A stretch of 47,572 bases of DNA from Candidatus Saccharimonadales bacterium (GTDB taxonomy: Bacteria; Patescibacteriota; Saccharimonadia; Saccharimonadales; JAXHNE01). The stretch's first letter is position 1. Every line of letters starts with the position of its first letter. This document shows, one piece after another, positions 18,875 through 27,009 of the stretch. A program made the position numbers and the translations under genes. The notes under the pieces were generated by a model. It saw nothing but the letters and a program-made list of their open reading frames with translations, was not told where the DNA came from and ran no database searches. Location of the stretch: NCBI GenBank assembly GCA_041600755.1, contig JBFIJL010000005.1, forward strand, positions 1-47,572. The letters run 5' to 3'.

Positions 18875-20053
18875 GTGAGGGTGTCTGATTCAAAACGATC
18901 ATGGACCGCGTTGAAATTAAAAATGAATATTGTGATTTTGGCGGTGCTATTTAGTAGTGCAACAGGATTTCTGGGTGGCTGGCTCGGAGCCAAAAGCTAC
19001 AATCATCAAGGTGGCAGCATAACTACGGCCGAAGTAAGACAGCGCGTACTAGATGAAAGCACAGTGATTAGTGATATTGCCGAGACAGTCGGGGCGTCGG
19101 TCGTTTCAATTAACGTCCAAAGCGAAAGGCGGGTCACTTCTTTCTTTGGTCCGTCTCAGCCCTTTACGCAAGAGAGCGCCGGCACGGGATTTATTATTAG
19201 CAAGGACGGTATTGTACTAACCAATCGTCACGTTATTCCAGAGGGCGCAACAAATGTAAGCATAGTGCTATCTGATGGCACCGAACTTGATGACGTCGAG
19301 GTACTGGGTCGCACTAATGCTAACGATCCACTAGATATCGCATTCTTGAAGATAAACGACCACAAAGGAAACGATCTAGTACCAGTAAAGCTCGGTGCTT
19401 CTAGCGATGCAAAAGTAGGCCAGAAGGTCGTGGCCATTGGGAACGCACTCGGACAATTCCAAAACTCAGTTACATCTGGAATAATTTCTGGATACGGTCG
19501 CAGCATTACTGCACGCGATGAATCCGGTACAGACACCTTACAGAACCTATTTCAGACCGATGCCGCCATCAACCAGGGTAATTCTGGTGGCCCGCTGGTG
19601 AATATTAATGGGGAAGTGATTGGCGTGAATACTGCCGTGGCCGGTGACGGAGCAGAAAACATTGGTTTCGCTATACCGATAGACGATATCAAAGGCTTGA
19701 TCGCAGGAGTGCTAGAAAAAGGTGTGTTCGAAAGGCCATATCTCGGCGTACGCTACATTCAACTCAATGAAGACATTGCAGAAGAATTAGAAATAAAACA
19801 GACAACTGGTGCGTACATAATTTCTGGGAGGAGTGGTCAGCCGGCACTTGTTGAGGGTGGCCCAGCCGACAAAGCTGGTTTGCAAGAAGAAGATATTATC
19901 TTGAAAGTAAATGATAAAGACGTCGATGAAGACCATACACTCGTGACGCTGGTTGGTCAGAGCCAAGTTGGTGACGAAATCGAGCTGACCATTATTCGCG
20001 ATGGTAATGAGCAAAAAATCAAAGTAATTCTAGAGGCTACGCCCGAAAACTAG
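18875..20053 (+). CDS. htrA: HtrA/DegP-family serine protease (trypsin + PDZ)
   Basis: TM anchor; LTNRHV, DIAFLK, QTDAAINQGNSGGPL; PDZ RPYLGV...GPADKAGL. Confidence 0.95.
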   Translation: MRVSDSKRSWTALKLKMNIVILAVLFSSATGFLGGWLGAKSYNHQGGSITTAEVRQRVLDESTVISDIAETVGASVVSINVQSERRVTSFFGPSQPFTQESAGTGFIISKDGIVLTNRHVIPEGATNVSIVLSDGTELDDVEVLGRTNANDPLDIAFLKINDHKGNDLVPVKLGASSDAKVGQKVVAIGNALGQFQNSVTSGIISGYGRSITARDESGTDTLQNLFQTDAAINQGNSGGPLVNINGEVIGVNTAVAGDGAENIGFAIPIDDIKGLIAGVLEKGVFERPYLGVRYIQLNEDIAEELEIKQTTGAYIISGRSGQPALVEGGPADKAGLQEEDIILKVNDKDVDEDHTLVTLVGQSQVGDEIELTIIRDGNEQKIKVILEATPEN

Positions 20054-20094
20054 AGAATCTGAACAGAGTCGGGCGTAAGTGTTATGATTAATTC

Positions 20095-20556
20095 ATGAAG
20101 ATTCATTTTATATGCCGTGGAAACGCTATTCGCAGCATAATGGCAGAAGCGTACCTAAAATCGCGTGAACTAGAGAATCTTGAAGTTGCATCGTCGGGCA
20201 CTGTCGCCAGTGCGCATCATGACATAAACGTGTCGGTATTCGCTCGCGTCGCGGAAATATTAGACAAGCAAGGACTTGCAGCGTATCGAAAATCCGATTT
20301 CGGAGATCAGTTATCGAGCGATAGCTTCAGTAGCGAAGACATAAATATCTGTATGAGTGATGAGGTCGTTGCTGAGGCCAAGCAACTTGTTGATTTTGCG
20401 CAACCACCGATTATTTGGCATATTAAAGACGTTGATGTCGGTGAGCAGAGAATTGAACACACCGAGACTCAGCTGGACACCTTCTTGGGTGAAGTTTATG
20501 GCGACATCAAGGAACACGTTGATATGCTCGTTCAGCAGCTTGGCTTACTCGTTTAG
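20095..20556 (+). CDS. Low-molecular-weight phosphatase / arsenate reductase superfamily protein
   Basis: P-loop FICRGNAIRS (CX5R), MAEA, SSGT; W.I.D near the C-terminus. Confidence 0.85.
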   Translation: MKIHFICRGNAIRSIMAEAYLKSRELENLEVASSGTVASAHHDINVSVFARVAEILDKQGLAAYRKSDFGDQLSSDSFSSEDINICMSDEVVAEAKQLVDFAQPPIIWHIKDVDVGEQRIEHTETQLDTFLGEVYGDIKEHVDMLVQQLGLLV

Positions 20557-21375
20557 GCTGAAGCGCTGAATAAGATCTTTTGTCGACTCTAGTGTAAAGC
20601 CATGTTCGTTGGCTAGCGCCCTGAGGGCCTGGTGTTGTGACGTTAGGCTTTCGGTCAGTATTGCTTTTGGCTTCTCAACAAGCTGGTTAATTTGCTTGAA
20701 CATTTTACGGTAGGCATCTAGCCCGTCATCGCCCGCGAATAGCGCCAGAGCTGGCTCAAATTGAGCTGCTTGATTGATGGGGTGGTTGTCAGGTACATAG
20801 GGTAGGTTAGCCAGTATGATAGTTGATGATTGATAGGTGCTAGGTGATATTGGCTCCAATAAGTCGCCTTCAAGTAACTCAATCTTTGCGCCAAGGGTTT
20901 GCGCATTTGTTTGTGAAATATCAAGACATTCGCGGGATATGTCAGTCGCCAATACTCGGATGTCGGGTTGTTCCAACTTCATGGATATTGCAATGCAGCC
21001 AGTGCCAGTGCCGACGTCTATGATATTTTCAACCTTCAATTTCTCATTTTCGATTAACTGGATTGCCATCTCAATCATTGCCTCAGTTTCCGGCCTAGGT
21101 TGCAGCGTGTCTGCTGTCACTAAAAACTCCCGTCCATAGAACTCACTTCGTCCACGGATGTAGGCTAGCGGTTCGTGGTTTGCTCGTCGCTCTACTAAGC
21201 GTCCAAGCTTTTTGACTTTCTCGCTTTCCAGCTCTACTTCAGGGTGGGCGAGTAGCCAGGCCCGGTCTTTGCCAGTAATATCTTCAAGCAGCACCAGACA
21301 GTCTAGACGCGCCGACTCAACACCAACAGTCTTCAACTTCTTGGCCGTAGCATTTATAAAATCCTTGATTGTCAT
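20545..21375 (-). CDS. prmC: Release factor N5-glutamine methyltransferase PrmC/HemK
   Basis: EPLAYIRG..EFYG, PRPETE, DVGTGTGCIA, ANLPYV, EP..ALF.G.DGL. Confidence 0.96.
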   Translation of the reverse strand: MTIKDFINATAKKLKTVGVESARLDCLVLLEDITGKDRAWLLAHPEVELESEKVKKLGRLVERRANHEPLAYIRGRSEFYGREFLVTADTLQPRPETEAMIEMAIQLIENEKLKVENIIDVGTGTGCIAISMKLEQPDIRVLATDISRECLDISQTNAQTLGAKIELLEGDLLEPISPSTYQSSTIILANLPYVPDNHPINQAAQFEPALALFAGDDGLDAYRKMFKQINQLVEKPKAILTESLTSQHQALRALANEHGFTLESTKDLIQRFSLNE

Positions 21376-21395
21376 AAAGGTAAGTATAGCAACAT

Positions 21396-21439
21396 ACTAA
21401 GCACAAGCATTGACAAAATAGCAATAATTTGCTAAGATA
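21396..21439 (+). promoter_or_regulatory. Sigma70-type promoter, copy 1 of an identical 44-bp repeat
   Basis: TTGACA (21410-15), 17-bp spacer, TGc-TAAGAT (21433-38). Contains the inverted repeat TAGCAA-N4-TTGCTA. Identical to 22065-22108. Confidence 0.85.
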
Positions 21440-21487
21440 GTTTCAAGATTCCAAAACAGACAGAATCAAAACAAAAAGGAAAATGAA

Positions 21488-21997
21488 ATGTCAGAAAAAG
21501 CACCACAGTCAATACTAAAAGAAGTAAATGGTAGCATTGATAGGATTCTTGACGATCCTAGCTCAAAGGATGAAGGTGGTTACGATTCTGCGCTTGGTGG
21601 GGTTAATGGGATTAGCCATATGAAAATTAATAATGGCATCGTTGAAAGAAAACATTCTAGAGATGATTTTGATATAGTGCGAAAGATAACGGCAACAGAG
21701 CTAACTGAGGATGGCTTCGGTGACACACACGAAGCATTTACGAGAACGTACAATCACGACGGTGGCATAGTAGATCCAAGGGGTAGGACGTCATCCGAAG
21801 GAACAGAATATAGAAATTTATTTGCAGGTGCCCAGGTAAGTCGTGAAACAGATTCGGGTGAAAGATACGTCCATAGTTTTAAACATGATAATGTTCCAAG
21901 GGCACAAGCGTTGATTGCCAGTCTGGCAACCAACAGGGCGGTTAAAGCACTCGATGAAAACGGAAAAAAGATCAAGAAAGGCAGGCGGGTATATTAA
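21488..21997 (+). CDS. Orphan hypothetical protein, cassette 1 (169 aa, basic C-terminal tail)
   Basis: Own promoter and AAAGGA RBS; hydrophilic; ends KKIKKGRRVY. Confidence 0.8.
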   Translation: MSEKAPQSILKEVNGSIDRILDDPSSKDEGGYDSALGGVNGISHMKINNGIVERKHSRDDFDIVRKITATELTEDGFGDTHEAFTRTYNHDGGIVDPRGRTSSEGTEYRNLFAGAQVSRETDSGERYVHSFKHDNVPRAQALIASLATNRAVKALDENGKKIKKGRRVY

Positions 21998-22036
21998 TTA
22001 CTCGTTGCCGAGGAGTTCGTGTTCGGCTTCGTGGAG
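21998..22036 (-). pseudogene. Displaced remnant of the prfA 3' end
   Basis: Reads LHEAEHELLGNE* versus [12 protein letters not shown] at the end of intact prfA. 19-bp identical core aggagttcgtgttcggctt at 22011-22029 and 22593-22611. Confidence 0.85.
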
Positions 22037-22064
22037 TATTCTTGTGATGCAACCCACACCCCTA

Positions 22065-22108
22065 ACTAAGCACAAGCATTGACAAAATAGCAATAATTTG
22101 CTAAGATA
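22065..22108 (+). promoter_or_regulatory. Sigma70-type promoter, copy 2 of an identical 44-bp repeat
   Basis: actaagcacaagcattgacaaaatagcaataatttgctaagata, identical to 21396-21439. Confidence 0.85.
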
Positions 22109-22150
22109 TGTGTAAGCTTTTAAAACAAACGAAACAAAAAGGAAAATAAA

Positions 22151-22555
22151 ATGTCAGAACAAATTACATCAAATTTTGATAAAAACGAAATAGAATGGTT
22201 GCCAGAGGCGGCTATTGAAGTTGGTCTATCAGATTCAGCTGCTTTGGAGGAAGTGATGGAGCGTAGAAAAGAGCTTGCGGACAGTCTAGGAATGTCAGAT
22301 TTATCCTGGGATGGTTGGTCCAATGAACATGGTCGTGCTGCTAGGATTGCAACAGACTTAGGCACAGATACTATTGATGCAACTGAATTACTTGGTTCTG
22401 ACACCTTAGATCTACTCGAGACATCCGTAAGAAGTACCTATTCTCACGCTCCTGGTCTACTCCCGGAAGGTCATGTTGATTTGAGAACAATGAAAGAGTT
22501 ACGCGATGAAAGGGTTGCACAAATCAAAGCGCACTACGAAGAACAGGCAAAATAG
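22151..22555 (+). CDS. Orphan acidic hypothetical protein, cassette 2 (134 aa)
   Basis: Own promoter; RBS/start aaacaaaaaggaaaat(a/g)aaatgtcagaa shared with cassette 1. Confidence 0.8.
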   Translation: MSEQITSNFDKNEIEWLPEAAIEVGLSDSAALEEVMERRKELADSLGMSDLSWDGWSNEHGRAARIATDLGTDTIDATELLGSDTLDLLETSVRSTYSHAPGLLPEGHVDLRTMKELRDERVAQIKAHYEEQAK

Positions 22556-22579
22556 AAAGGGCTTAGCGTTGGTCGACTT

Positions 22580-23632
22580 TTATTCGGAGCTTAGGAGTTC
22601 GTGTTCGGCTTTGTGAAGTTCTTCTATAATGTCGTCAATGTTGCCGTCCAGGGCACCAGGAATGTTGCTGCGGCTATAGCCAATGCGGTGATCTGTAATA
22701 CGGTCTTGCGGAAAGTTGTAGGTTCGGATTTTTTCACTGCGGTCACCACTACCAACCAGTTTTTTGCGCTCTGCAGATAGTTTGGCGTTATCTTCGTCAA
22801 TTTTGTGCTGGAGTAGGCGAGACCGGAGTACACTCATGGCTTTGAGCTTGTTTTTTATCTGAGATTTTTCGTCTTGGTTGGTGACAACCAGTCCGCTTGG
22901 AATGTGGGTAATGCGCACCGCAGAGTCAGTGGTATTTACTGATTGGCCACCGTGGCCCCCAGCGCGGTAGACGTCTATACGCAGGTCTTCGGTTTTAATT
23001 TCAATGTCAGATTCTTCGGCTTCTGGCATGACGGCAACGGTTACGGTGCTGGTGTGCACGCGGCCTTGGCTTTCGGTTTCGGGAACGCGCTGTACGCGGT
23101 GTACGCCGCCCTCGAACTTTAAGAACTTATAGGTATCTTCACCGCGAACTGCAAAGCTAACTTCTTTGAATCCACCAGCGTCTGATGCTGATTCGTTTAG
23201 GAGTTCTACCTTGTAATCGTGCGTTTCTGCCCAGCGTATATACATGCGGTACAGTTCACCTGCAAAGAGGCTGGCTTCATCGCCGCCCGCGGCCCCACGA
23301 ATTTCGACAATGACGTCTTTTTCATCGTTGGGGTCTTTTGGTGTGAGGATTTCTGTCAGTGTTGCCATGGTTGACGTGAGTTTTGATTCTAGTTCTGTGA
23401 GTTCAAGTCGAGCCAGGTCGGCTAGTTCGCCGCCAGCTTCGATCATGTCGTTGGCATCAGCAATTTCAGATTCAAGCTGGGATTTTTCATCAAACAAGGC
23501 AAGGGTGTCTTCTAGCTTCTTTTGGCGACGGGCGATTTTTGGGTAGCTGGGAGTACTGAAGATACTTGGGTCTTCTAGTTTTTTGGCAATGGCTGCCAGT
23601 TCGTCTCTAAATTCTTGCTCTTTTTTATCCAT
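22580..23632 (-). CDS. prfA: Peptide chain release factor 1
   Basis: [25 protein letters not shown] (PxT), [30 protein letters not shown]. Confidence 0.98.
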   Translation of the reverse strand: MDKKEQEFRDELAAIAKKLEDPSIFSTPSYPKIARRQKKLEDTLALFDEKSQLESEIADANDMIEAGGELADLARLELTELESKLTSTMATLTEILTPKDPNDEKDVIVEIRGAAGGDEASLFAGELYRMYIRWAETHDYKVELLNESASDAGGFKEVSFAVRGEDTYKFLKFEGGVHRVQRVPETESQGRVHTSTVTVAVMPEAEESDIEIKTEDLRIDVYRAGGHGGQSVNTTDSAVRITHIPSGLVVTNQDEKSQIKNKLKAMSVLRSRLLQHKIDEDNAKLSAERKKLVGSGDRSEKIRTYNFPQDRITDHRIGYSRSNIPGALDGNIDDIIEELHKAEHELLSSE

Positions 23633-23685
23633 AGTTGGTCCTTAGTATACAGAAAAATCTCTCTTCCATTTTGTTTCGGCAAAAC

Positions 23686-23865
23686 GGAAGCCAAAAACCG
23701 ACAGGAGGGAATTGTTCTTTATGTCCTCGTCGTCAAAGTACACAATGCTCGGACAACTTGAACTTCTTTAATATTTGGGATAGAAGTTCTTCGGACAAGC
23801 CCTCGCAATATATTGTGACTTTGACACTCGTGCATCAGGAACAATTCCAATCCTGGGTTAGCTCC
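23686..23865 (+). ncRNA. Candidate 6S-like RNA (long rod-shaped hairpin with internal bubbles)
   Basis: Nested complementary arms: cagga 23702-06/tcctg 23851-55; ggaattgttc 23708-17/gaacaattcc 23839-48; gtcaaagt-a-cacaat 23732-46/attgtgactttgac 23812-25; gaacttct 23760-67/agaagttc 23782-89. Strand is inferred only from G-U extensions. Confidence 0.55.
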
Positions 23866-23895
23866 TGACGTCTAATTCCTATTTTTTTGGGGGGG

Positions 23896-24258
23896 TTATT
23901 TTTTAGCTGGTTTGCTAGTTTTGAGAGTGCCCATTTTTTGGGTTTCATCTAGCTTGAAGGCTTTTTCACGAGTCTTGTTGGCTGCTTTTTTCATTGCATC
24001 GGCACGTGCTTTTGCTGCGTCTTGTCGAGCCTTAAACTTATCGACGCGACCTTCGATATCAACCAGCTTCTCTTGTCCTGTGAAGAATGGGTGAGAGCTG
24101 CTGCTAATGTGAACTTTAATAAGTGGGTATTCTTTTCCGTCTTCCCATTTGATGGTTTCGTCAGTTGGAGCGGTTGATCGGGTTCGAATTGCCCAGTCGT
24201 TGTTTAGATCTTGGAATACAACGTGGCGATAGTTTTGTGGATGAATATCCTTCTTCAT
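23896..24258 (-). CDS. rpmE: 50S ribosomal protein L31, type B (no Zn-binding Cys), with basic C-terminal extension
   Basis: MKKDIHP.NYR.VVFQD...[29 protein letters not shown]. Confidence 0.96.
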   Translation of the reverse strand: MKKDIHPQNYRHVVFQDLNNDWAIRTRSTAPTDETIKWEDGKEYPLIKVHISSSSHPFFTGQEKLVDIEGRVDKFKARQDAAKARADAMKKAANKTREKAFKLDETQKMGTLKTSKPAKK

Positions 24259-24371
24259 AATTTTCCTTGTATGGCTTGATTAGTTTAGAGTCGGTTAGCA
24301 GGAGCCACCAGCAGTCGACTTTGGTAACAGGGTGCAAGTATACACCTCTGTTACACATTGGTCAACACTTG

Positions 24372-24548
24372 CTACTTTTTGTTGGCGATTTTCCCAATGC
24401 TTTTGGCTGTCTTTTGGCTGAAGTGCTGCACTAAACTAGGGTCTAGATCACGGTAGCTACCTGCGGGCGGCAATGATTTTGATCCAGGGCCGACCGGTGG
24501 AATGTATTCTTTGGGTGATGTGTCTTCTGGGTTTCTTCTTGGTGACAT
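24372..24548 (-). CDS. Small Pro-rich hypothetical protein (58 aa)
   Basis: Strong AAGGAGG RBS before the ATG at 24548 and a TGa-TATTAT -10-like box upstream. Confidence 0.55.
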   Translation of the reverse strand: MSPRRNPEDTSPKEYIPPVGPGSKSLPPAGSYRDLDPSLVQHFSQKTAKSIGKIANKK

Positions 24549-24600
24549 TATTCCTCCTTGTTTAGACCATAATATCATATTTGCTTTAGGGGTGGTGATC

Positions 24601-24712
24601 TGTTAAGATTACTTAGTCACAAATTAAGCAGTTTTGGCATAATTCCTCCTTTCGATGATCCCGCTTGGGACTCGACTGGGTAGCCAAAATGAAGAACTAA
24701 GGAGTTCACACT
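24601..24712 (+). promoter_or_regulatory. rpsB promoter and structured 5' leader (candidate S2 autoregulatory leader)
   Basis: TGt-TAAGAT at 24601-09; stem ttttggc 24632-38/gccaaaa 24683-89 enclosing the hairpin tccc-gctt-ggga; AAGGAG RBS. Confidence 0.5.
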
Positions 24713-25471
24713 ATGGCGCAAGACGTCGACATTAAAAAACTATTAGAAGCTGGCGCGCATTTTGGTCACAAGACTAGCCGTTGGCACCCAAAAATGGCAC
24801 CGTACATCCACAGTAAGCGCGGTGGAAACCATGTCATTGATCTAACTCAAACAGTTGCGGGTCTAGAAAAAGCATTAGAATTCATTGAATCAACAACTGC
24901 GAAAGGCAAGCAAATCTTGTTTGTTGGCACCAAGCGCCAAGCTTATGACACTGTTAAAGAAGCGGCACTTGCAACCAACCAGCCCTATGTTGTAGAGAGA
25001 TGGCTCGGCGGCATGCTCACCAACAAAGACACTATTGGTGGACGTATCAAGTACCTCAAAGATCTTGAAGAGCGAATGGCAAATGGCCAGCTTGAAGCTA
25101 AGTACAATAAGCTTGAAGTGCAACGTTTTGCTGAAGAAATCGAAGAAATGAACCACAACTATGGTGGCATCAAGAACCTCGTTGGCAACCCTGGCGTAGT
25201 GTTCGTGACCGACATCAATGAAGACGTAAATGCAGTTCGTGAAGCAAGGCGCTTGAACGTGCCGGTTGTTGCACTTGTAGACACAAACACCGATCCAAGT
25301 GACATCGACTTCCCAATCCCATGCAACGACGATGCAATCAAGGCTATCAAGGTCGTAACTGACTATATCGTTGCGGCAGTCGAAGCAGGAAAAGCAAAAT
25401 CTAAGCAGCTTGCGAAGCCAGCTGACAATGACGGCGCAACCAAAGAAGCTACCAAAGCAAAAATCGGCTAA
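24713..25471 (+). CDS. rpsB: 30S ribosomal protein S2
   Basis: LLEAGAHFGHKTSRWHPKM, ILFVGTK, RWLGGMLTN, DTN.DP, P.NDDAI. Confidence 0.98.
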   Translation: MAQDVDIKKLLEAGAHFGHKTSRWHPKMAPYIHSKRGGNHVIDLTQTVAGLEKALEFIESTTAKGKQILFVGTKRQAYDTVKEAALATNQPYVVERWLGGMLTNKDTIGGRIKYLKDLEERMANGQLEAKYNKLEVQRFAEEIEEMNHNYGGIKNLVGNPGVVFVTDINEDVNAVREARRLNVPVVALVDTNTDPSDIDFPIPCNDDAIKAIKVVTDYIVAAVEAGKAKSKQLAKPADNDGATKEATKAKIG

Positions 25472-25512
25472 AACTAGCCCCTAAGTTACACCAAGAAGAT
25501 AAGGAAAATCAT

Positions 25513-26103
25513 ATGAACATTGATGACATTAAGCGACTAAAAAACTTAACAGGCGTTGGACTGACTGATGCAAAAAAGGCTCTCGAAGAAGCTAATTGGG
25601 ATTTTGATAAGGCCCTAGAAGCAATGCGCAAAAAAGGCCTAACCAAGGCTGAAAAGCGCGGCGAGCGTGAAGCCCGCGCCGGGATTGTGTTTACCTACAA
25701 CCACGATAATCGCATTGGTGTTGTCGTTGAAGTAAATAGCGAGACCGATTTTGTAGCTCGCAACGAGATCTTTACAGACTTCGTGAAAGACATTGCAATG
25801 CACATTGCTGCTAGTGCACCTCAATACCTAGACATGGAAGCGATTCCATCAGAGGATTACGACAAAGCAAAAGCAGAATTCACTGAAAAGGCCAAAGCAG
25901 AAGGCAAGCCTGAAAAAATGCTCGATAACATCGTTGAGGGAATGCTCAAAAAGCACTTTGCAGAACGAATTTTACTTGAACAGCCGTTCATCAAGAATCC
26001 AGACATTTCCATTGGTGAATACGTCAAAGAGCACAATGCAAAACTTGGTGAAAACATTGTAGTTCGTCGTTTTAGTCGAATTGAGCTGGGCGAAGCAAAC
26101 TAA
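25513..26103 (+). CDS. tsf: Elongation factor Ts (short form)
   Basis: TGVGLTDAKKAL, EVNSETDFVARN, MHIAA, LLEQPFIK, GENIVVRRF. Confidence 0.97.
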   Translation: MNIDDIKRLKNLTGVGLTDAKKALEEANWDFDKALEAMRKKGLTKAEKRGEREARAGIVFTYNHDNRIGVVVEVNSETDFVARNEIFTDFVKDIAMHIAASAPQYLDMEAIPSEDYDKAKAEFTEKAKAEGKPEKMLDNIVEGMLKKHFAERILLEQPFIKNPDISIGEYVKEHNAKLGENIVVRRFSRIELGEAN

Positions 26104-26107
26104 GCCG

Positions 26108-26365
26108 ATGATTGCAGCAGGGCGGCAGAATACCACTACTGAAAATCCAACATCCGAACCTCAAGAAACAATTCCAGCTAAAGAGCGGGTTATTGCATAT
26201 GTCTCTATTGGAACATTGTCCCTTAGTCTTTTTTCGCCAGCGCTAAGTAACCACGCCGATAAAATCAATATGAGTGGCGAAGCAGTAATGAATGTGGGCT
26301 ACGGTGCGGCTATGGCTGGGCTAGTAGGCTCTGCTGTGCTATATGGAATCCAAGACCGCAAATAG
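26108..26365 (+). CDS. Small hypothetical membrane protein (85 aa, two hydrophobic segments)
   Basis: ATG 4 nt after the tsf stop; fills the tsf-frr gap. Confidence 0.55.
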   Translation: MIAAGRQNTTTENPTSEPQETIPAKERVIAYVSIGTLSLSLFSPALSNHADKINMSGEAVMNVGYGAAMAGLVGSAVLYGIQDRK

Positions 26366-26406
26366 TCCCAAATCATGTATACTGGTATCTGTAAACTGGA
26401 GAAATA

Positions 26407-26970
26407 ATGACACCCGATCAAGTAGTAAATCAAGCAAAGACAAAGTTCAAGCAAGCGCATGAGCATTTTATCGAAGAAGCTAAAAAAGTTCGAACCGGTC
26501 GTGCTCACCCAAGCATGCTAGATGGGCTAATGGTTGAGGCTTACGGAACACCGACACCAATTATTCAGCTTGCGGGTGTGACTGCACCAGAAGCACAGCT
26601 ATTGCAGATTACGCCGTATGACCCAAACAATCTTGCAGCAATTAGCAAAGCAATTCGCGAAAATCAAAGCCTGGGAATGAATCCGATGGACGACGGGAAA
26701 GTTGTCCGCGTGCCAATCCCAGCTCTCACAGAGGATCGCCGACGTGAATACGTTAAAATTCTTGGAACAAAGGTTGAGGACGCCATGATTGTGATGCGAA
26801 ATGTCCGCCGCGAAGCTATGGATACTCTTGCAGCTGCAAAAAAAGATGGAGATATTAGCGAGGACGACGCTAAAAGATTTTCTGGGCAAGTTGATGAGCT
26901 TATGAGCGAAAAAAAGATGAACGTTGAGGCAGCCGCCAAAGCTAAAGAAGAAGAAATAATGACGGTCTAG
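26407..26970 (+). CDS. frr: Ribosome recycling factor
   Basis: VRTGRAHPSMLD, YG.PTP, ITPYD, LGMNP.DDG, P.LTEDRR, RNVRR. Confidence 0.97.
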   Translation: MTPDQVVNQAKTKFKQAHEHFIEEAKKVRTGRAHPSMLDGLMVEAYGTPTPIIQLAGVTAPEAQLLQITPYDPNNLAAISKAIRENQSLGMNPMDDGKVVRVPIPALTEDRRREYVKILGTKVEDAMIVMRNVRREAMDTLAAAKKDGDISEDDAKRFSGQVDELMSEKKMNVEAAAKAKEEEIMTV

Positions 26971-27009
26971 ACTCGCACAAGCGATGATAGTCGGCTATAA
27001 TAATTTGAT

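Noticed and set aside
21396-22108. CRISPR array from the 44-bp repeats, paired with the Cas4-like gene
   Set aside because: Only two copies, 669 bp apart, each a promoter for an ORF; no cas1/cas2.
23635-23868. 77-aa ORF between prfA and rpmE
   Set aside because: TTG start without RBS, overlaps the prfA promoter, no motifs; the region is better explained by the RNA hairpin.
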